The position numbers and the translations under genes are program-made. Below are positions 60,911-64,000 of a DNA stretch of 64,000 nucleotides, piece by piece (position 1 is the first letter of the stretch; each line of letters opens with the position of its first letter). The notes beneath the pieces are model-generated. The model had not been told where the DNA came from. It searched no databases and saw only the letters and a list, made by a program, of their open reading frames with translations. Source of the stretch: Anolis carolinensis. Its lineage: Eukaryota. The DNA lies in the NCBI RefSeq assembly GCF_035594765.1, contig NC_085845.1:30064024-30128023 (forward strand). Direction: 5' to 3'.

Positions 60911-63900
60911 GTTAAACTATTCCCAGTATGCAAATGACAGTTTTGTGCCTGTCTGCTATGCAGGTATTAAAGGTAAGGAGTCTTTTATTAAGAAAAGAAT
61001 TGGCATCACTAACAAGATTGAAATCCAGGGGTTTGAACCCAGATTTTTAAGACTTCTAAGCACTTAAAGCCCTAGTAGGAGGTGGATTAATCTGTCCTTT
61101 CCACTTTTTCTAGATTCAAGTTTTTAAAAATTGAAATACTTTCTGAATGTGAAGAATTTAGCACATGTTGCAAAATTCATATAAGAATGAACTGAACTGA
61201 ACTTCACACCCATTGCTAAGAAGTACAATGCTGCAATATAACAAAAGTCATTATATGAAATGTGAACTCAAACTCTTCAAATAAACTACATGATGCATAT
61301 CATAGAATCATAAAATCCTAAAGTTTGGAAGAGACAACAAGGCCTATCCAGTCCAACCCCCTGCCATGCAAGGGGTCACAACATCGAAGATAAATTGTTT
61401 ACGAATAAAATGTAACATTTCTGTTCCCTGTTTTGTCAGGAGTACTTTGGGGAGAGAATCACCCAAATGAGTTGCATTTTGTAAAATCCCTAAATCTCTT
61501 GGAAAGGATGTGGGGCCACAGGCAAATTTAAATCTTTTATGAGATTTCTGCATGATGTTATTCAGTATATCCACAAGAATTTCTGGCTTCTTGTGGTTTA
61601 ACAATAGCAGCAAAAAAATAGTTCCCCGTCACCTTACATTATACTAGTGAAATAAAAATGTATGAGAACCAGGGGCATTATTATTTTTTTTGGGTAGAAA
61701 CTGAAAATGACTTCCTTGGATTCTTTTATTCTAAATGTAAGAGGCAACAGATGTTGTCTGGCTAATCTCTCCTCAACAGGTTGGTTGAAATAGCAGTCTA
61801 GCAGATACTCCAAGCCTGAAGTTTGTTTCTGCTTCTGTTTAGGACCATTGTGGAAAACTGTTATTGTATCTGAGCTACATATGTAGATTTGTGTATCTTA
61901 TAGATTAGTATCCTTTGGCAGGTAAAATACTTGAATGGTCACTTAACCATTTTTAGGGTTGGGAGGTACCTATTTTTATATGTCCCTGAATCCAAAACTG
62001 TCTCTAGAGTAGATATGGTTATATTTCACTAGTGTGTCATCCCTTTCCAATCTAGATAAGACATGAAAAATAGAATGATAGTGACTTAATTCTGATCGCA
62101 AATAAGAATTACAATGTCTTATTAAAATTCTTCTAAAACAATCAGTGTGGTGCAATTCTGAGAAATATGTGAAGCAGTAACTTGGATAAGTAGTCTTAAA
62201 AGGTGACATTTTAGGCCTAAGAGTGGATTTAAATTTAATTGTTGTGAAACTGCTTTCAGGCAATATTTATTCCTTCAGTTAAGGGCACATTAGTAACAGG
62301 AAGACTTCAAACCTGTGTTAATCTGCAAGAACAATTGACACAATTTTAGCATGTCAGCACAACACTTTGAATCTCCAATTGTGTTTCCTTACAGTAAGGA
62401 ATGAGGGATTGTTATACTTGTTAAAAGTGTATTCTTTTTGCTATTGGCTAATAATCAGGCCTGCAAATGGCAGTAAAAATGTGTTTGTTATGTGGAGAAA
62501 CGGTTCCAAAACTTTGGTCTTCCAGATATTTTGAGCTATAACTCCCAGGAGCTCCAGTCAGCTTGGCCAACTGTGAGGAATTCCAAAACATCAGGAGAAT
62601 CAAAGTTTGGAGACTACTGGTATAGTCCAACAGCTAACAACACATTAGAATATTAGTGTTTAATGTTCATTCTTCTTTCTTAATCCCATGCATATGAGGT
62701 GCCTTTCTTCTATTGCTTATCAATTAAGCAAAAGAATGTTCCTCTTTTAGCCTTAAGCACAGGTGCACACAAATTTCACACCCAAGAAGTGAAGACCCAA
62801 GTCAATTTCAACACCATCCTTTAGCCCTCTTCCCTAAGAGGAGACACTTTCTAAAACATTTTTTCTGGCCAGTATATTAACTGAGTCAAGTCACACTTTT
62901 TCCAGCACAGCTAGGCAAATACAGAAATTAAGTCCAGGAGAAGCAAAAGTAATTCTCTTCAGAGGGTTTGAGCACATCTAAGAAGTGATGCATAATTTTC
63001 CAGCACCCTGCAGTGACAGTGATTAGTTAAAGTAACACTACGATCCTGTTATTATTACATCTTTTAAGAAACCCTTTAAATTATACACAGATAACATAAG
63101 AAATTAATTAAAATGTTGGACAATAACATAATCAGGGATATCTGTATTTGCAGTCTTTCCCCCATGCTTGCATACATCTTTTGTCTGTCAAGTATAGCAA
63201 ATAACTAATTAGACCTCTTTTAAGTGCTCCAATGCTTACATCAGTTGAAAGGAGATGGTAGTCATACCTTAACCAAAGAACAAGATTGGGCTCCAGCAAA
63301 TAGGCATGCTTCCAGTTCATCCATGGATAAAAACAATGGAAAAGAAAAGTTTTATCTATAATTTGGAGAAATATGCCTTTTGAAAGCTTGAGATTTTGAA
63401 TGTGTCCAGTTTCTGAACTTCATATGTGTATTCAAATCTGCATGATCTGCATTCCAGTACTAATCATCAGAAAACATGCTTACCAATGGGCATGACTCAA
63501 ACACCAGGTGGGTCATCTGAAGACATTGCCCTTCTAGGGAACACTAATTTTGGAAGCTCTGTCTGTTTTCTTACACCCCATCTTCTTGTTTATGTGTTTA
63601 CATCATTTTCTATCTTACACTAGGGATGTAAATCTTTGACTATTCTACTTCAGGGTGCAAGGATCAGTAACTATGATGGCTTTGTTCCAAGTATGGTAGA
63701 AAAGGAATATTCCTTCACTGTATCAGAATATCATGAAATGTGTCGAAAAAATATATGTGGAGAAAAAAACTGTTTAAAGAACAAATTTCCCCACAAAATC
63801 TTTTGTGTTTTCTTCTTTAAATTGATTCCTCCACATCACTTTGGACATTTTAATACCAGGAGAAAACTGCACAAAATTCTTACTCATTTATTACTCTTTA

Positions 63901-64000
63901 TAACAAGGTGTCAGGAAAACTTTTTTTCAACTTGCAAATGAATAACTATAAACATTGTTTCTGTTAAGTTTGAAGTTTTGACATATATAGCCTCAAGACT

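Overview
AT-rich vertebrate genomic DNA. The repeat content (Sauria SINEs, young L2 LINEs, RTE, Vingi, CR1, Penelope ends, Helitron, hAT/Tigger/Harbinger MITEs) points to a squamate, probably an Anolis-type lizard. No host protein-coding exon could be identified with confidence, so the window looks intergenic or intronic. All long ORFs belong to retrotransposons: a near full-length L2 (ORF1 plus ORF2 with one frameshift in a G-run), a second L2 with intact EN-RT inserted in an older L2, a 5'-truncated RTE and a 5'-truncated Vingi. There are also three N gaps near 29-30 kb. The most notable signal is four solo LTRs (TG...CA, each with its own 5-bp TSD). Each carries an acidic reading frame of 87-139 codons that starts in the same phase at LTR base 2 and stops just before or at a TATA-like box. 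Two of these proteins are homologous along their length; one has a helix-acidic-FxGF motif like the LEDGF-IBD/TFIIS-N-domain binding motif. The other two end in an RRSxRL/IA-type motif. The hypothesis is that they are U3-encoded Pol/integrase tails that mimic host chromatin-tethering motifs.
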